A DNA stretch of 64,000 bases from Mytilus trossulus (taxonomy: Eukaryota), in NCBI RefSeq assembly GCF_036588685.1, contig NC_086380.1, positions 76,198,001-76,262,000 of the forward strand. Reading direction: 5' to 3'. The position numbers and the translations under genes are program-made. Of this stretch, positions 1 to 13,605 are shown piece after piece. Within the stretch, counting starts at the first letter, position 1; every line of letters begins with the position of its first letter. The notes beneath the pieces were generated by a model, which was not told the DNA's origin, did no database searches, and worked only from the letters and a program-made list of their open reading frames with translations.

Positions 1-898
1 GTCAATACCACGGTCCTGTGGGTAGTCTATATATCACGATATTGACCAGTTTTTCAATAACTATTATTTAATTACTTTTCAATAAAAAGGATGAACACGA
101 ATGCGGCCACTTTAGTTTTACACGAAAGCGTCTACAATTTAATTAAAATGCGGGAATTGTGAAGATTTCAGTACTTTGGCATAACTTAATGGTGGTAATA
201 CCCGATAAATGTGCATTGTCCTCTCAAAAATAACCCATAGTTATGTAGCAGAAGCATTCTACTGTACAATAAATAACTAAAAGTTTACATTTTAACCATT
301 GTGTAAAGCTGCTAAAAAGGGGTCTTACTGGACCTACTCCTTAAAACTGTTCACTAGACTTTTAACGCTAATTTTTGAAATTTTGGGTTTACAACTTTCT
401 TTGTCAATAAATCTATAGAGATCGGAATAGCTAAATACTTTAATATCTCGCCAATTATATTAAACTCTTTTGTTTTATGAATCAAAATTCCTTTTCTTAT
501 TATATCCTATAATTTGGTGTATTGAAAAGTTTCCTACTGTATTAATAACATGCGAATATATTAAACAGATGCATGTAACCTACGACCTTTCATTTATTTG
601 ATTTGGTTTTTATCTATGTGTTGTCGGTAGAAATCTACCTAGGACGTATTATATCACATGTAATACTAATACGTCATACATTGAATTTCTTACATAAGGG
701 AGGAATAACATATGATTTTCAAAATCTTTCATAGCAAAAATTCGAATTTTGTTTGTTTTCCTTAATAAACTGTAACCCTGATCTAAAAAAAAAACACGGT
801 AAAGTTTGTAAGTTACTTTTGTTGTTCTTTTTTTATGACGTTGTAATTTAGGTTAACCTTGTTTCAGTCGAATTAAAATTATTTTCAAAAGCATTTTC
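1..898. repeat. Segmental duplicate of 58265-59158
   Basis: Near-identical direct copy, including the 3' end of the TTAA-element (cctactcct, ends at 341) and a 5' gene module. Confidence 0.92.
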
Positions 899-1129
899 TA
901 ATTCGCATAACTATAACATATAATAATATTCTTAATACTAGTATATGTTTTGGTTTGAAACGAATATATGTTTTGCTTCGATTCATCTTTATATAACATA
1001 CATGTTAATTGAGCCACTGTTTGGAAAGTGCGAAGCGTTTGTACGGTCTATATTGTTTGTTGTAGGGTAACGTATAATAGTTTTCTCTAATAAAGGGTGA
1101 TTATTAAATTCTGATAAATAGTTGCTAGT

Positions 1130-1560
1130 AGATCTTTGTTAATTTATGTATTATTGTCATTTTGTTTAGCTTCTTTGATTACCTATTCTGACATTGGACT
1201 CGGACTTCTATTAAACTAAGTTTTATTGTGCATATTGTTGTGTGTTTGTTTTTTCTGCATTGGCTAGAGTAATAGGGGATAGGTTGAGATAAAACAAAAC
1301 AAAAATGTTAAACCCCGCCGCATTTTTGCACCTGTTCTAAGTCATCTATTATACATTTTGGAGTTTAGCATGACGTCCATTATTACTGAACTAATGAACA
1401 TATTTTTTAGGGGCCAGGTGGAGCACGCCTACGGGTGTAGGAGTTTCGTGTGGCTTTTAAAATTCATTTGTGGCCTTCGACTGTTAACTACTCTTTGGTT
1501 GGGTTGTTGTTTCTTTGACACATTCTCCATTTCCATTCTTAATTTTATTGTTTTGTATAT
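1130..1560. mobile_element. Interspersed repeat (unclassified); related partial copy at ~31400-31690
   Basis: Shared blocks ctattctgacattggact, ttggctagagg/agtaatagggg, ccccgccgcatttttgcacctg and gagtttagcatgacgtccattattactgaact. Confidence 0.6.
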
Positions 1561-1614
1561 CATTGATTGACAGTGTGGACTTTGTAAAATGCAGCAACAT
1601 TGTGATGAATTTAC

Positions 1615-2373
1615 TTTCTCCTGGTATAAATTATCCATCAATGTAGACATAAAACCAATACTTGCACCAAATAAACAAGTATAATCAATACTTGTACCAA
1701 ATATACAAAAATAACCAATACTTGTACCAAATATCCAAGTATATATGTATACACTCTAAATATTAACGCCATAAAAGGCTATAATAAATACCAAAGACTT
1801 TGTAAAGTGGATATTTGCACGACAACGCCGATGCTCTATATTTAATAAGAAATAAACACAATTCATACATATAGGTACACATATAATATATATAACTCAA
1901 ACATCAGTATCAACAAAAAACTCTCCAAATAAAAAGCTTAATAAACTTTTAACTAGAATTAAAATTTACCAAGAAAATTCGACTGCTCAGATTGACGATG
2001 TCGTGCTGAATAATTACATAGGCAATAAAATACCGCGAAAATAATTTTGAAGCGGGAAAACATAACGCCCTCTATGCTACATATGATGAAACACCCAGGA
2101 GAAATGCATTTCACTCTAATGCACTGCCCGTTTAAACGAATGAAATTATAATTCTCCTGGTATGAACCACCCATCAATGTAGACATAAAACCAATACTTG
2201 CACCAAATAAACAAGTATAATCAATACTTGTACCAAATATACAATTTATATAACCAATACTTGTACCAAATTTCCAAGTATATATGTATACACTCTGTAT
2301 ATAAACGCCATAAAAGGCTATAATAAATACCAAAGACTTTGTAAAGTGGATAGTCGCACGACAACGCCGATGC
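1615..2373 (+). repeat. ~220-bp direct duplication (1615-1833 and 2152-2373) with internal ~30-bp units (aatacttgtaccaaat)
   Basis: Both copies run tctcctggtat...catcaatgtagacataaaaccaatacttgcacc...gcacgacaacgccgatgct. Confidence 0.85.
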
Positions 2374-3069
2374 TGAACCCAAAGAACGGGAAGCTATTAA
2401 TTACTATGTATGGAAAATTATTCAGTCCAAAATGTAAAATAAAACAAAAAAAGATATTCATTTCCCAAATTCTTAGAAACAATCCATCGTTCTGATAAAT
2501 TGTCTTTCACATAGCCATCCTTTGAAATCTTGTATCTGAAAAAACAAACCTTGCAGCGGTAATAGCACCACAAGATCGTAAACTATATAATCTGTATGCT
2601 TTGATATCGGTTCACAAATGGAGAAAATTGCATCAAAGAAAGTTCCCTTATCCTTGTATAGCGTAAAGGCTAATTTGTTGAACGAAAAACGAAAAATTCT
2701 TTCACTTGTTACAAATTCCTGAATGAATTTATATTTCAATCAGATTAAATGCTACTCCATGCATATATAATTCCAAATTAGGACTGGATGCAAATTTGTG
2801 CGTTCTTCACAATAATAAAACAGTTTCCATCTCTGTAAATATCCGTTTTTTCGATAAAAGTTGAAATGTGTGTTGACTTGCAATTAACTTCATAATAACT
2901 CAGATTCAACAATTCTGATACCCGCATACAACCTAGATATCCCAATATACACGCACCAATGGTACGTTGTGTAAACTAATTATATGCACTAAATAACTTA
3001 TTAAACGCATCCTGTAATAACTCATCGACTCTTCCTTTCAGATTTGTGGGCCTAATTTCTTTATAAATA

Positions 3070-3530
3070 GACTTATAACAGCGTCACGTAGTGTTTAAAA
3101 ATGTCATACATGAAATTTTATCATTCTTTTATTATTCTAACACAACGTTCCAGATGGTATTTACTTAGATACATGTAAGTGTTGTCTATAGTATATAGCA
3201 AGTTAAACAGCAGAAAAGTCGTGGTTAATTTTGAATCTGTTGATCTCGTTTAAATCCAACAGGTAAGTTTTCTTAATTTAGCAGTGTAATTGTTTGTTTT
3301 GACGACAAGCTAATTTGGTTGATATGGTATAAACCGAAAGTAAATAATTTCACAATCCGTTCTTTATTGCGTTACTGTTAAACTATTTCAATAAAATATT
3401 CCTTTTTTTATTACTTCAATTTGGTTTCAAATGGATAAGGTTCTTACTGTTGGTCTACTATATAGAGACATCACTGTCAGAGAGAGTGCGAATCGTTTGA
3501 ACAGCCGATATAGTTTGTGATAAGGTAAAT
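3070..3530 (+). promoter_or_regulatory. Putative promoter, non-coding first exon and intron-1 conserved module for paralogue 1
   Basis: acagcgtcacgtag (~3078), donor CAG|GTAAGT at 3263, AAACCGAAAGT at 3331, TTGGTTTCAAATGGATA at 3421, AGTGCGAATCG near 3485. The same motifs occur in the same order at ~16300-16620 and ~20505-20950. Function is inferred from conservation only. Confidence 0.55.
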
Positions 3531-5354
3531 CTTTACAATTATATTATATATTTGAGCAGTGTGTTGTGTTGTATACAAACGATTCAATGTGCAGATTTTG
3601 TGAAATGAAGCAAGACCTTGCAAATATCAAATGAATGGATGTATTAAATTAAGACGATGAAAGAAGGTCTGTGTTTTTGGAACGAACACATATGTATTGA
3701 AAGAAGTAACAGGAGATGGTCAAGATTTGGACTGCAAAAAATAGCCAGTGAAATTGATATTTTACCTAAATTAAAGATGAAAAAAGTTTAAAAAATAGTA
3801 ACCGCTGTTTTGTTTGGTAAAATTGAATTCAAATCATCGGAAGCCTCGAAATTGATTTTGATTGGTTAATTCAGTTTAAAGATTGACTTGAAAATGAGCA
3901 GTTGGGCGATGTGCATCAGACATAACGGTCATTATAATCAAACAAAAGGTATCAATCAAAAGAGTTATGACACATAATAAACCTTTTAGTGAATACAAGC
4001 TATAAATCTCACCAGTATTTTTTTTATATCTTATCTTTAATGTATTTCATTTTGAGAACATGATCGAACATTTGGTGTTTATGAGAGATCTTGTATTATT
4101 TTTTCACAACTGTTAAAAAGTGAGGACGATTTATATCTTGATCTTTTATGTATTTTTCTGTGGACTCTTTTTGAATATAGGTATGCGACCCTCCAGTTGT
4201 CTTTTAACTGTATTTGTCGTTAACTTATTGTCTCATTGAGATTAACCCAGATGTTTTACCAAAAATTCAGTTGGCCAATTGTATTTTAAAATATCATCAA
4301 ACGATCGTTATATTATACTCAACGTAAAAACTTTTTTTCACACCGCGATGCATCACAGCTGGATATGTGATAATTCTAATATTTTTTATGAAATCACGCC
4401 TATGATAGTAAAAATGGTTTTTTTATGTGGGGGGGGGGATTGATATGCATTACTAATATTCAATGCATGATTTTTTTATTTTAAGATTTAAGCGTTTTAC
4501 TTATAGATTGCCGTCGTCATAATAGGGAAAACGTTTTGAAATATTCGTTGTTTTGGTTTCGTATTAGATTAGCCTTTTTCGCATCTGTGTACCAAATTAT
4601 CAGTCTGCTCTATTGTATGAGTTTTTGATATACAAGAAACATTACTTTTTTTGACTTAATTATTTCATCTAAATTAGATACATTTTTTTTAAATACACCA
4701 ACAAACAATGTTATTTAACAATGATTTCCGTCATTGTAATCAAATTCTGATATTGTGGTACACTACTCTGGGATGAATATAATCGTAGCTTAATCTAGCA
4801 GCCATTTTTATGTGAGTGGATCTCGGTTTTGATAGATTATGTGATAAATGACCTCATTAATCCAGTCAAGGAGTATCATAAAATGATTTACAAATAGCGG
4901 TTTGGTTTATAATATTGCTAAAGTTATCTTTCTTGAAACATAAGCAACTTCCATAACTACATATATAGTTTGTCATTGTCTCAGTTTTGATTAAAAATAA
5001 AAATAAATCTTAGTTTAAAAAAATAAATCGATCCTTTTCAAGGAAACCACACACACACTTTACCGTACTATGTGCCAAACAAAGAATCTAGTTTCAAATA
5101 CATAATGATACATTGTAATGTGACCAGTATAAATTCAAAGCGTGTTTATTTTTTATTGGTTAACTTTGGATTATTTGTCCCTTATTTTTGGTTTTCTGAA
5201 AAAATACTGCATTTGCTCTTTACCGTAGTGTAATCTTATCTTAGATCACAGTCTTTGTAATTTTGCAGTAATATTAAGACTTTTGATTTTGCTATGCTTT
5301 ACACTACTATTTCCATGCTCAGTCATATCTCATTTGTTTTCAGAAATTTTCTCT

Positions 5355-7004
5355 ATGGCATCAACTAGGTTCTGTGATCCTTGTTCCGAAGCTGACAAGT
5401 CTTCAACAGCAACAAAGTATTGCTCTGACTGTGAAGAAAGACTTTGTACAGACTGTGATGAATCACATTGCAGATTCAAAGCCTTCAAATCTCACCATGT
5501 TATCGACCTGACGTCCATCGGATCCAATAAACTGATGCCTGCGATAAAAAACTGCAATGTCCATTCAGGGATGCTTTTGGATTATTACTGCACAGATCAT
5601 GATATCGTTTGCTGTAGAGCCTGCATATCTAATGAACACAGGATTTGTCAGAACGTACTCCCATTGGAACTGGCCTCGAAGGATGTAAAAAAGTCTGCAC
5701 TGTTTAACGATGTTATGGAAGACATGACGCATCTTATTACAACATTGAATGCTTTGGACAATAACAGACAGTCAAACTTACAATCTATGAAGGAATCTAA
5801 ATCAACAATAACTAAGAAGATCCGAGCAGTGAAATCCAAATTTTTGAAACAAATTGACGATTTGGAGCGTGAATTAACGACCACTTTGTCATCTCTCCAA
5901 CGAAAACATGAAATGGAAATCAACAAACAAAAGCAAGAAATATCGCAAGTCTTGGTCAATGTTATAGAAAATAAAGACGAGATGGATTTTTTGAGAGATC
6001 ATGGATCTAAGAATCAGCTCTTTATATTCCTTCGCCAACAAGTAACAAATATTCATAGCGCCGAGGCCAAGATTCAGCAGATAGTATCCGATTCACAAGA
6101 ATTCAATATAACCTTTGACGAAAAGAAATATGGTAAGCTTGAGTCTTTCGGGTCACTGTCAGAGTATGTCCAACCATGTCAAGTTCAATACAAACCAAAG
6201 AAATTTCAACAAGCCCAGATAAAGGCAGAACCAATGAAAAATATTCTAGGGTTTAAGAAGGATACAGTATTAAAATTTAATACTGATGTGGTAAAAAGTA
6301 TTTTGAGTGTATCAGTGACAGATAATAATAAGCTCCTCATTACTAATACAGCATCATCTGATACCAAACTGTATGTTTACAGAGACTGTAAAGATTATGA
6401 AACAGAGATAGCTTTTTCCTCCGAACCTCATGGTGTTGTTGTGATACCTGGTACGGACAGAGCTGTTATTACCCTACCTAACGAGAATTCTATACAATTC
6501 ATCACTACGACAAAGATGACAAAGGACAACAAAGTTAACGTTGGATTTACATGTTATGGTATCACTGCTGGACATGACAGAATTTACGTTGGTGGTACAG
6601 GTGGTACTATCAAAACATTAGACCCCAATGGGACAGTTCTAAAAACGATTCAACAAGGATCTAATGATATTTTCTTCATAGCATATGATGATATTCATGA
6701 TCATTTGATTGTTAGATGTCATGACAAACTCCTATGTATCAAAGTAGATGGAACACAAGTATACAGCAAGGACGTCTCAGGTTTAGCAGGAGTAACACGC
6801 GATAGGCGTGGTAACATTTACTACGGTTGTTACTATGCCAACAGCATACAGAGAATATCATCAGATGGTGAAAACTGTGAAGAAATGCTGAACAAAGACA
6901 ATGGCATTTACCGTCCGTATGGAATGTGTTTTAATAACGACTTCACGAAACTGTTTGTAATTAATAACGAAGGTAAATCTGTTCGTGTATACAAATGCAA
7001 GTAA
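5355..7004 (+). CDS. RING-less TRIM-like protein (2 B-boxes, coiled coil, NHL-type beta-propeller), paralogue 1, 549 aa
   Basis: Intact ORF. B-box1 CDPC..YCSDC..LC..C..H..H, B-box2 CNVH..YYC..H..CC..C..H, heptad-rich helical region, propeller repeats (PHGVVV, CYGITAG, PYGMCF). True start is ATG 5355 (MAS.., shared by all paralogues), 11 nt after the polypyrimidine-CAG acceptor at 5341-5343. Confidence 0.9.
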   Translation: MASTRFCDPCSEADKSSTATKYCSDCEERLCTDCDESHCRFKAFKSHHVIDLTSIGSNKLMPAIKNCNVHSGMLLDYYCTDHDIVCCRACISNEHRICQNVLPLELASKDVKKSALFNDVMEDMTHLITTLNALDNNRQSNLQSMKESKSTITKKIRAVKSKFLKQIDDLERELTTTLSSLQRKHEMEINKQKQEISQVLVNVIENKDEMDFLRDHGSKNQLFIFLRQQVTNIHSAEAKIQQIVSDSQEFNITFDEKKYGKLESFGSLSEYVQPCQVQYKPKKFQQAQIKAEPMKNILGFKKDTVLKFNTDVVKSILSVSVTDNNKLLITNTASSDTKLYVYRDCKDYETEIAFSSEPHGVVVIPGTDRAVITLPNENSIQFITTTKMTKDNKVNVGFTCYGITAGHDRIYVGGTGGTIKTLDPNGTVLKTIQQGSNDIFFIAYDDIHDHLIVRCHDKLLCIKVDGTQVYSKDVSGLAGVTRDRRGNIYYGCYYANSIQRISSDGENCEEMLNKDNGIYRPYGMCFNNDFTKLFVINNEGKSVRVYKCK

Positions 7005-10000
7005 ATGTTTTTATGAAACAACATGAGTACTTGCATTTATATTATGTAATTTATCGTGTTACTTAAATATACACATATAAAGTGCAAACTTCTTTTTTAT
7101 ATTTTCTGTTTAATTTTTTTGCTTTTTTATGCGGTTACGAAGAAATAATATTCGGAGAAAAATAAGTAAAGTACAAACAAAGACGAAATAAACAAAAATG
7201 AATATAAAGATTGAGAATAAAAGTGGAAAAATAAAAAAAAAAATACAATAAATAGCGTTCATAAATAGCACGCATTAGTAAACAATACAGGCAAACAAAT
7301 GTTAAACAAACATTTACAAAGTCTTCGAAAAAAAGATGAAAAAGCCAAATAGAAATGAACAATTTAAACTCACTGACAAAGAAAAAGAAAATACCACAAA
7401 AAATCAAATAAAAATTGTAGATTCAATATATGAAATGATTCAAATGTTTACACAATTCATCTGCACTCAAAATATTGAAATTGGTACTTTAATTTAGAAA
7501 CCACATTTATTGTTATGCAGTGTCTGTTGTATAGTAGTATAATGTTTGGTGAAAATCTTTATATTGTGTATCGCCAACTTGTTTCATTACGTAATTTGCA
7601 CTTGGTACTTTTTTTGGGGGGTGATTAAGAATACAATATTACAATGTATTTCCTATTTCCTATTTCCTCTTAATACCGCATTTCTATAACGAAACCAACT
7701 TTGAGTAGTAATGAATGGTGATCTGCGGCTCACGAATTTTTTTTCCCTCAGGATCTAATTTTCAGTACATTTAGAAGACACATTACATGAACTTATAAAT
7801 GGATCAGCCACAGTTTCAAGTACTCATATAATCAGCATGTTCTGATGGAATGACAAGTTCACACAGGATATGGGAAATCGTGCGTGTACGAGGTAATACT
7901 CTCGGATTGTCTGGCGTCAGCTTTGTACCGAAAGATTTATGAATTAATATGAAAACTATGGTCGCACTCATTTGCACGATTATGGATTAGATTATAATGG
8001 TATGTATGCTCTGCAACCTAATCAATCTTTTCCTACCTTATCAGGCCATTATGATACCGTAAACTCTGATGAATATTAAAAGTTACATAGTGTGTAAGTG
8101 ACCTAATATGATATATACAGGGTCAGTAAATTCCATATGGGGTGAGAGGTCATTTGCACACTATGTAACGAATTTATCTTACCGACTATCTTTCTTTGTT
8201 GAATTTAGGCTAAAGCTTTCTTATTTGCTATCATAACACATCTCCTTATTTCTGTATTAAAAATGTTCAAGTGTTAAATTTTAAGAACCTTCTTCAATTG
8301 ATCTGCACTAAAAAAAACTAATGTAAACGATTAATAACTATGATAAACAACCTTGATATAACAATATAAAACAGAACTTTCAATATTTTAAATAATTAAT
8401 CAATGCCTAAGTGGCAAATTCACTACTAATCGCGTATTGAAATAAGCCTCGCCTCCCTACTACCCTAATATTGAATATGCACGGTCTCCACGAGGTCGCT
8501 TTTAACCAATCATATTCCTAGAAATGTATTTGAGGTAAGATAATATCCCGGATTGCCAAATTATTCAACACAAGTATCGATTGAAAACACAAAATCACTA
8601 TCAAATGGACATATGCAAAACGGTATAGATGAAGAAAATTGGTGTTACATGTGTGTTAATTTGTGTTTTGCTATTCCTTGTAGTTGTCATTCTCTTGTAT
8701 TCAACGACATAATTAATGTTATATATTAATTAATATCAAATTAGGTAATACTACGATCAATCAAAGGGTTGCCTAGTATGTGAAATCTGCGTAAGTTTTA
8801 TTTACAGTTTTTTGTGTGTTTATTTGACAGACAATAACAATCAAAACCAAGGAGTAAACAAAGACTTACAAAACCAAAAGACATTTACATGAACAGATAT
8901 AAATAAGAAATAAGAAACAACACGAACTCCACTAAAACATATGACGTGGTGCTGTACTTAAATATCCCGTCTTTAACATTGAGTTATTGTGCTATTGAAA
9001 ATGTTTTGTATTCCTGTATTTCATTTTGTTTATGTGCTTTGTTTACATGCCTTTTTTGTTACTTTGTTACTTTTTTGTAATGTTATAGTGATAAAGATTA
9101 TAACCCAATACTGAATGCTATACCCCTATTTTGATATTTTAGCCTATTAAGTCTGTTTTTTTCACACATTGTTGTCACTATAATATGTATTATCTGCATA
9201 AGAATATACCTGTACCTAGTCAGAAATTTTTTGTTATCCACTCATTTGATGCGTTTGAGCTTTTGTTTTTTTCCCATTTGATTAGGGTCTTTCTGTTTTA
9301 ATGTTTGCATTTTCGTGGGAGTTCAGTATTTTTGCGATTTCCTTTTACATGTAAAATTGTAAGATGTCGGCCGAAGAATGCCAACACGATCAGTTTTCAC
9401 ATTACATATGATTTGTAAAAACATTTTTTACGAAACCGAATAAATGACGGGTTATATTTTCTTTACTTCTGTAGCATATACATATCGGTGTGGTATATAC
9501 ATTTAATGATTTGGAACATCGCCAGTTTGTCAGTTTGTCAGTTTAGTGAACATGTTGAATTGTTAAATATTTTAAAACCGGAAATTGTAAAAGATAACAT
9601 CGTATTCACCTACATTGGGAGGCGTATTATTAAAATTTAAAAGTTAATAAATTTGAAAGAAATTGTGCTGTGTTAATGTATATTTTTAGCTGCACATTGA
9701 CACTTGAATAATTCAGTCAGTCTCCTTTCAAATTGAAATGCTAGGATTGCGAAGACTTCAATTGAATACTTTTGAAGCTAGATATCTTATTATATTTATG
9801 GAATAAAACTATAGTACAAACGTTTGAAGATAAAGTTCTCAGTGGATTATTGTAAACAACTTTTCATACTGTATATTTTGGTAGTTATTGCTTTTTAATT
9901 TCAATAAAACATTTTTTGTTGGTTTTATATTTTGTTGATTTTCGGAAAATAACTATAGAACATTATAGACGTATAGATTTGTAAAGTTATAATGTACAAA

Positions 10001-10269
10001 CCCACGATGAAAAGTAATAACCTGTACAAAATAATAACATGTTCATGGCATATATGTGTACAGAGCCACTTCATATGTATCAAAGAAGCACAAAAAGGCA
10101 CATGAACAAAACACATTAGCAAAAATGAAAGCCAAGAATACGAGCATTACCATAGAACAATAACACAATAACAGGTGAACAAGTGCCGAGCTACGTCAAA
10201 TGAATATCAATAAAAACAGACTAAACATAAAAGTAATATTACTAAACATATATAAAAAAATAGTATACA

Positions 10270-10735
10270 ACGTAGGTATCCCGAATCTCAACTTCATGAC
10301 CATCTTGTATTTGTGAAGTTGATACGGAATATTTATCAACAAGGTGGATGAATCTTTTGAGAAAAATTACAAGATGTTCTTTGATATACTCCTGGTTTAA
10401 CAACTTTCTTCTCATATACTTGTGACGTTTTACAAAGGCTGAGTAAGAGTTGCAAGCTCCTGAATATGGAATAAGTTTGAAAATGTATATCTCATATGCA
10501 GGTGAAGTTGGTATATTGCCACTATGGTGGAGAAATTGATAATTTTATTAAAATTAAAATCGTCTCGTTTGCCATAGATTATGGTACTGAGATGACCGAG
10601 TATGTCAAATTCGATAAATAAGTCTAAAAATGAGATGAAGGAAGTCGACTCTGTTGTTACTTTAATTTCAAGTTTTAGGGAATATATCAATGGAGTCCAA
10701 TCAGAAAAGTTTGGATTGTTAGTGGAAGAAACCTT
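10270..10735 (-). mobile_element. Penelope-like retroelement RT fragment (degenerate)
   Basis: Minus-strand peptide LEIKVTTESTSFISFLDLFIEFD..STIIYGKRDDFNF resembles the PLE RT thumb motif (FLDL..LYDKRDDFNF). Confidence 0.75.
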
Positions 10736-11210
10736 CGTCTTTTATTGTAATTGTATGTAATTGTATGTCAAGCGTGCCATAAAACTATCACTACAAACTG
10801 CGCAGAGTCTGAATTGACCAGTTTTTGTGCTTGACCAGTAAAATCGAGCACACATTTTACTCGACTAGTCTCGACATTGTCTTGACTGGACTTAACTGTA
10901 CTTAAGTGTACTCGACTAGGTCTCGACTTTACTTAATTAGTCTGAAATGGTTTTGACCAAGGCTTGACCTGTCTCGACCTGTCTTGACTATTCTCGACTC
11001 AGTCTGAACCAGTCTCGACTAGTCTTGACTCAGTCTCGACTAGTCTTGACCTTCAAATTTAGTTTTAACTGGTATAAAGAAGCCCATCTAACTAAATTAA
11101 ATATTGATCTTACAAAATTCAAGCTTATTAGGTAGTCTGATTACTGGCTGTGAAATAAAAAAAAAAAAAATTTACAATAGGTAAAAATAAAAATTATTAT
11201 ATAAATTCAG

Positions 11211-12930
11211 ATAGGCATCTTTAAATTTTCTTATTACTTTTTCAAATCAACTTGGATTTTCATCAAACTATGCACCTATCTAAGATATATATCAAGCTTA
11301 CTGAATCCCATTTTATTTACTTTTTTGTTGTATAGCTATGAAATTTAAGAACTAAAGTCATCTCGGTAAAAAAAGCTAGGATTTGCAATTTGGACAAAAT
11401 AGAGATAGGCATCTTTAATTTTTTAATAACTTTTTCAAAATCACTTGGATTTTCATCAAGCTATACAGCTATCTTAGATATATATGAAGCTTACTGAATC
11501 CCATTTCATTTACTTTTTTGTTGTATAGCTGTAAAATTTAAGAATTAAAGTCATCTCGATAAAAAAACCTAGGATTTGCAATTTGGACAAAATAGAGATA
11601 GGCATCTTTAATTTTTTAATAACTTTTTCAAATCAACTTGGATTGTCATCAAACTATGCAGCTATCTTAAATATATATCAAGCTTACTGAATCCCATTTC
11701 ATTTACTTTTTTATTGTATTGCTGTAAAATTTAGGAATTAAAGAAATGTTGGTAAAAAAAGCTAGGATTTGCAATTTCGGACAAAATAGAGATAGTACAC
11801 TTTAAATTTTCTAATAACTTTTTCAAAATCACTTGGATTTTCATCAAACTATGCAGCTATCTTAGATATATATCAAGCTTATTGAATCCCATTTCATTTA
11901 CTTTTTTGTTGTATTGCTGTAAAATTTAAGAATTAAAGTCATCTCGGTAAAAAAAGCTAGGATTTGCAGTTCAGACAAAATAGAGATAGGCATGTTTAAT
12001 TTTTTTAATAACTTTTTCAAATCAACTTGGATTGTCATCAAACTATGCAGCTATCTTAAATATATATCAAGCTTACTGAATCCCATTTCATTTACTTTTT
12101 TATTGTATTGCTGTAAAATTTAGGAATTAAAGAAATGTTGGTAAAAAAAGTTAGGATTTGCAATTTCGGACAAAATAGAGATAGTACACTTTAAATTTTC
12201 TAATAACTTTTTCAAAATCACTTGGATTTTCATCAAACTATGCAGCTATCTCAGATATATATCAAGCTTATTGAATCCCGTTTCATTTACTTTTTTGTTG
12301 TATTGCTGTAAAATTTAAGAATTAAAGTCATCTCGGAAAAAAAATCTAGGATTTGCAGTTCAGACAAAATAGAGATAGGCATCTTTAATTTTTTTAATAA
12401 CTTTTTCAAATCAACTTTGATTGTCATCAAACTATGCAGCTATCTTAGATATATCAAGCTTACTGAATCCTATTTCATTTAATTTTTTATTGTATTGCTG
12501 TAAAATTTAAGAATTAAAGAAATGTTTGTAAAAAAAGCTAGGATTTGCAATTCGGACAAAATAGAGATAGTACACTTTAAATTTTCTAATAACTTTTTCA
12601 AATCAACTTGGATTTTGATCAAACTAGGCAGCTCTCTTAGATATATATCAAGCTTACTGAATCCCAGGTTATTTTGTTTTTTGTTGAATTGCTGTCAAGT
12701 TAAAGAATTTAATTAATCTAGGTCAAGAAAGCTAGAATTTGCAGTTCAACCAAAATAAAGATAGTTCACTTTAATTTTTTTAATATTTTTTTCAAGTCAA
12801 CTTGGATTTTATTCAAACTATATAGCTACCTTGGTGATGTATCAGTTTTACTGAAACATAGGTTGTTATTTAGTTTAGTGTATTTCTGTCAAATTTAAGA
12901 ATTTAATTAGTCTACATGTAGGTTGAAAAG
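11211..12930 (+). repeat. ~194-bp tandem satellite, ~9 units, with a ~388-bp dimer pattern
   Basis: Unit marker atagg/atagt at 11211, 11405, 11598, 11792, 11986, 12181, 12375, 12567 and 12761. Variants agtcatctcgg and agaaatgttgg alternate. Confidence 0.93.
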
Positions 12931-13605
12931 CTTCAATATTAGATATATATCTTTCCTCATAATTTTGGAAAAAGTATATATAAATTAGTTATATAATTCC
13001 TTTAATGTTTTATTCCTTTTGATATATATATTCTATAAATATATCAAAAAGCAAAGAAAAAATAAAGAAATTATTCAAATAGTTCTTCTGATTTGCGATG
13101 ATTTATAAGGCAATACCTTCTATTTGGGGCAAACTTATTAAAAAGATCACATCTACCAGAGTTTTAAATTCTAAATAACATTTATTCAAAGTTGCAACAT
13201 CCTGTTAAATCTAAATCGCAAGGCTTTTTTAATTCTCTTGATAAGTAATACATGAGTTTAAGAAAAGTAGGGCTTTCTTTTTACCTGTAAAACTCAGGTG
13301 TACTGATGTAATTAAACCATTTATAGTGCCATGTCATTAAATTTGACAAAAAAATATTTTAAGATTTGATTAAAATAAATTTTTACTGTAACTTTGAAAC
13401 ACATTTCTTTTTTTAAAAGGTTATCAAGGATTGTTGTGAAACTTCATGATATTATTTTTTTGTTTTACTACAAAAAAAGGGGTTTATTTTGTTTAAGCTG
13501 ATTTTAAAAAGATATAAAATCTTAAAAAAGACACCTTTTTTTTGTTAAAACAAAAATTTAATATTTTTATTTAAAGAAAGATATATTTCGAATATCAAAG
13601 CTTTT

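Noticed and set aside
5283-5354. N-terminal extension of the ORF-track call (also 62090-62137)
   Set aside because: Starts at TTG in intronic polypyrimidine sequence upstream of the splice acceptor. All paralogues begin at MA(S/T).
5648-5959. Antisense ORFs repeated in each paralogue (also 22442, 42273, 53905, 43209)
   Set aside because: Shadow frames of the coiled-coil or propeller coding strand. Their recurrence reflects paralogy.
5355-7004. Assigning a vertebrate symbol such as TRIM71, TRIM2/3 or TRIM45
   Set aside because: No RING or filamin domain is visible and this is a lineage-specific expansion, so orthology cannot be supported.
7135-7407. Phe-rich membrane-protein-like ORFs (also 28739, 44305, 59210)
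   Set aside because: Reverse translations of A-rich low-complexity flanking sequence.
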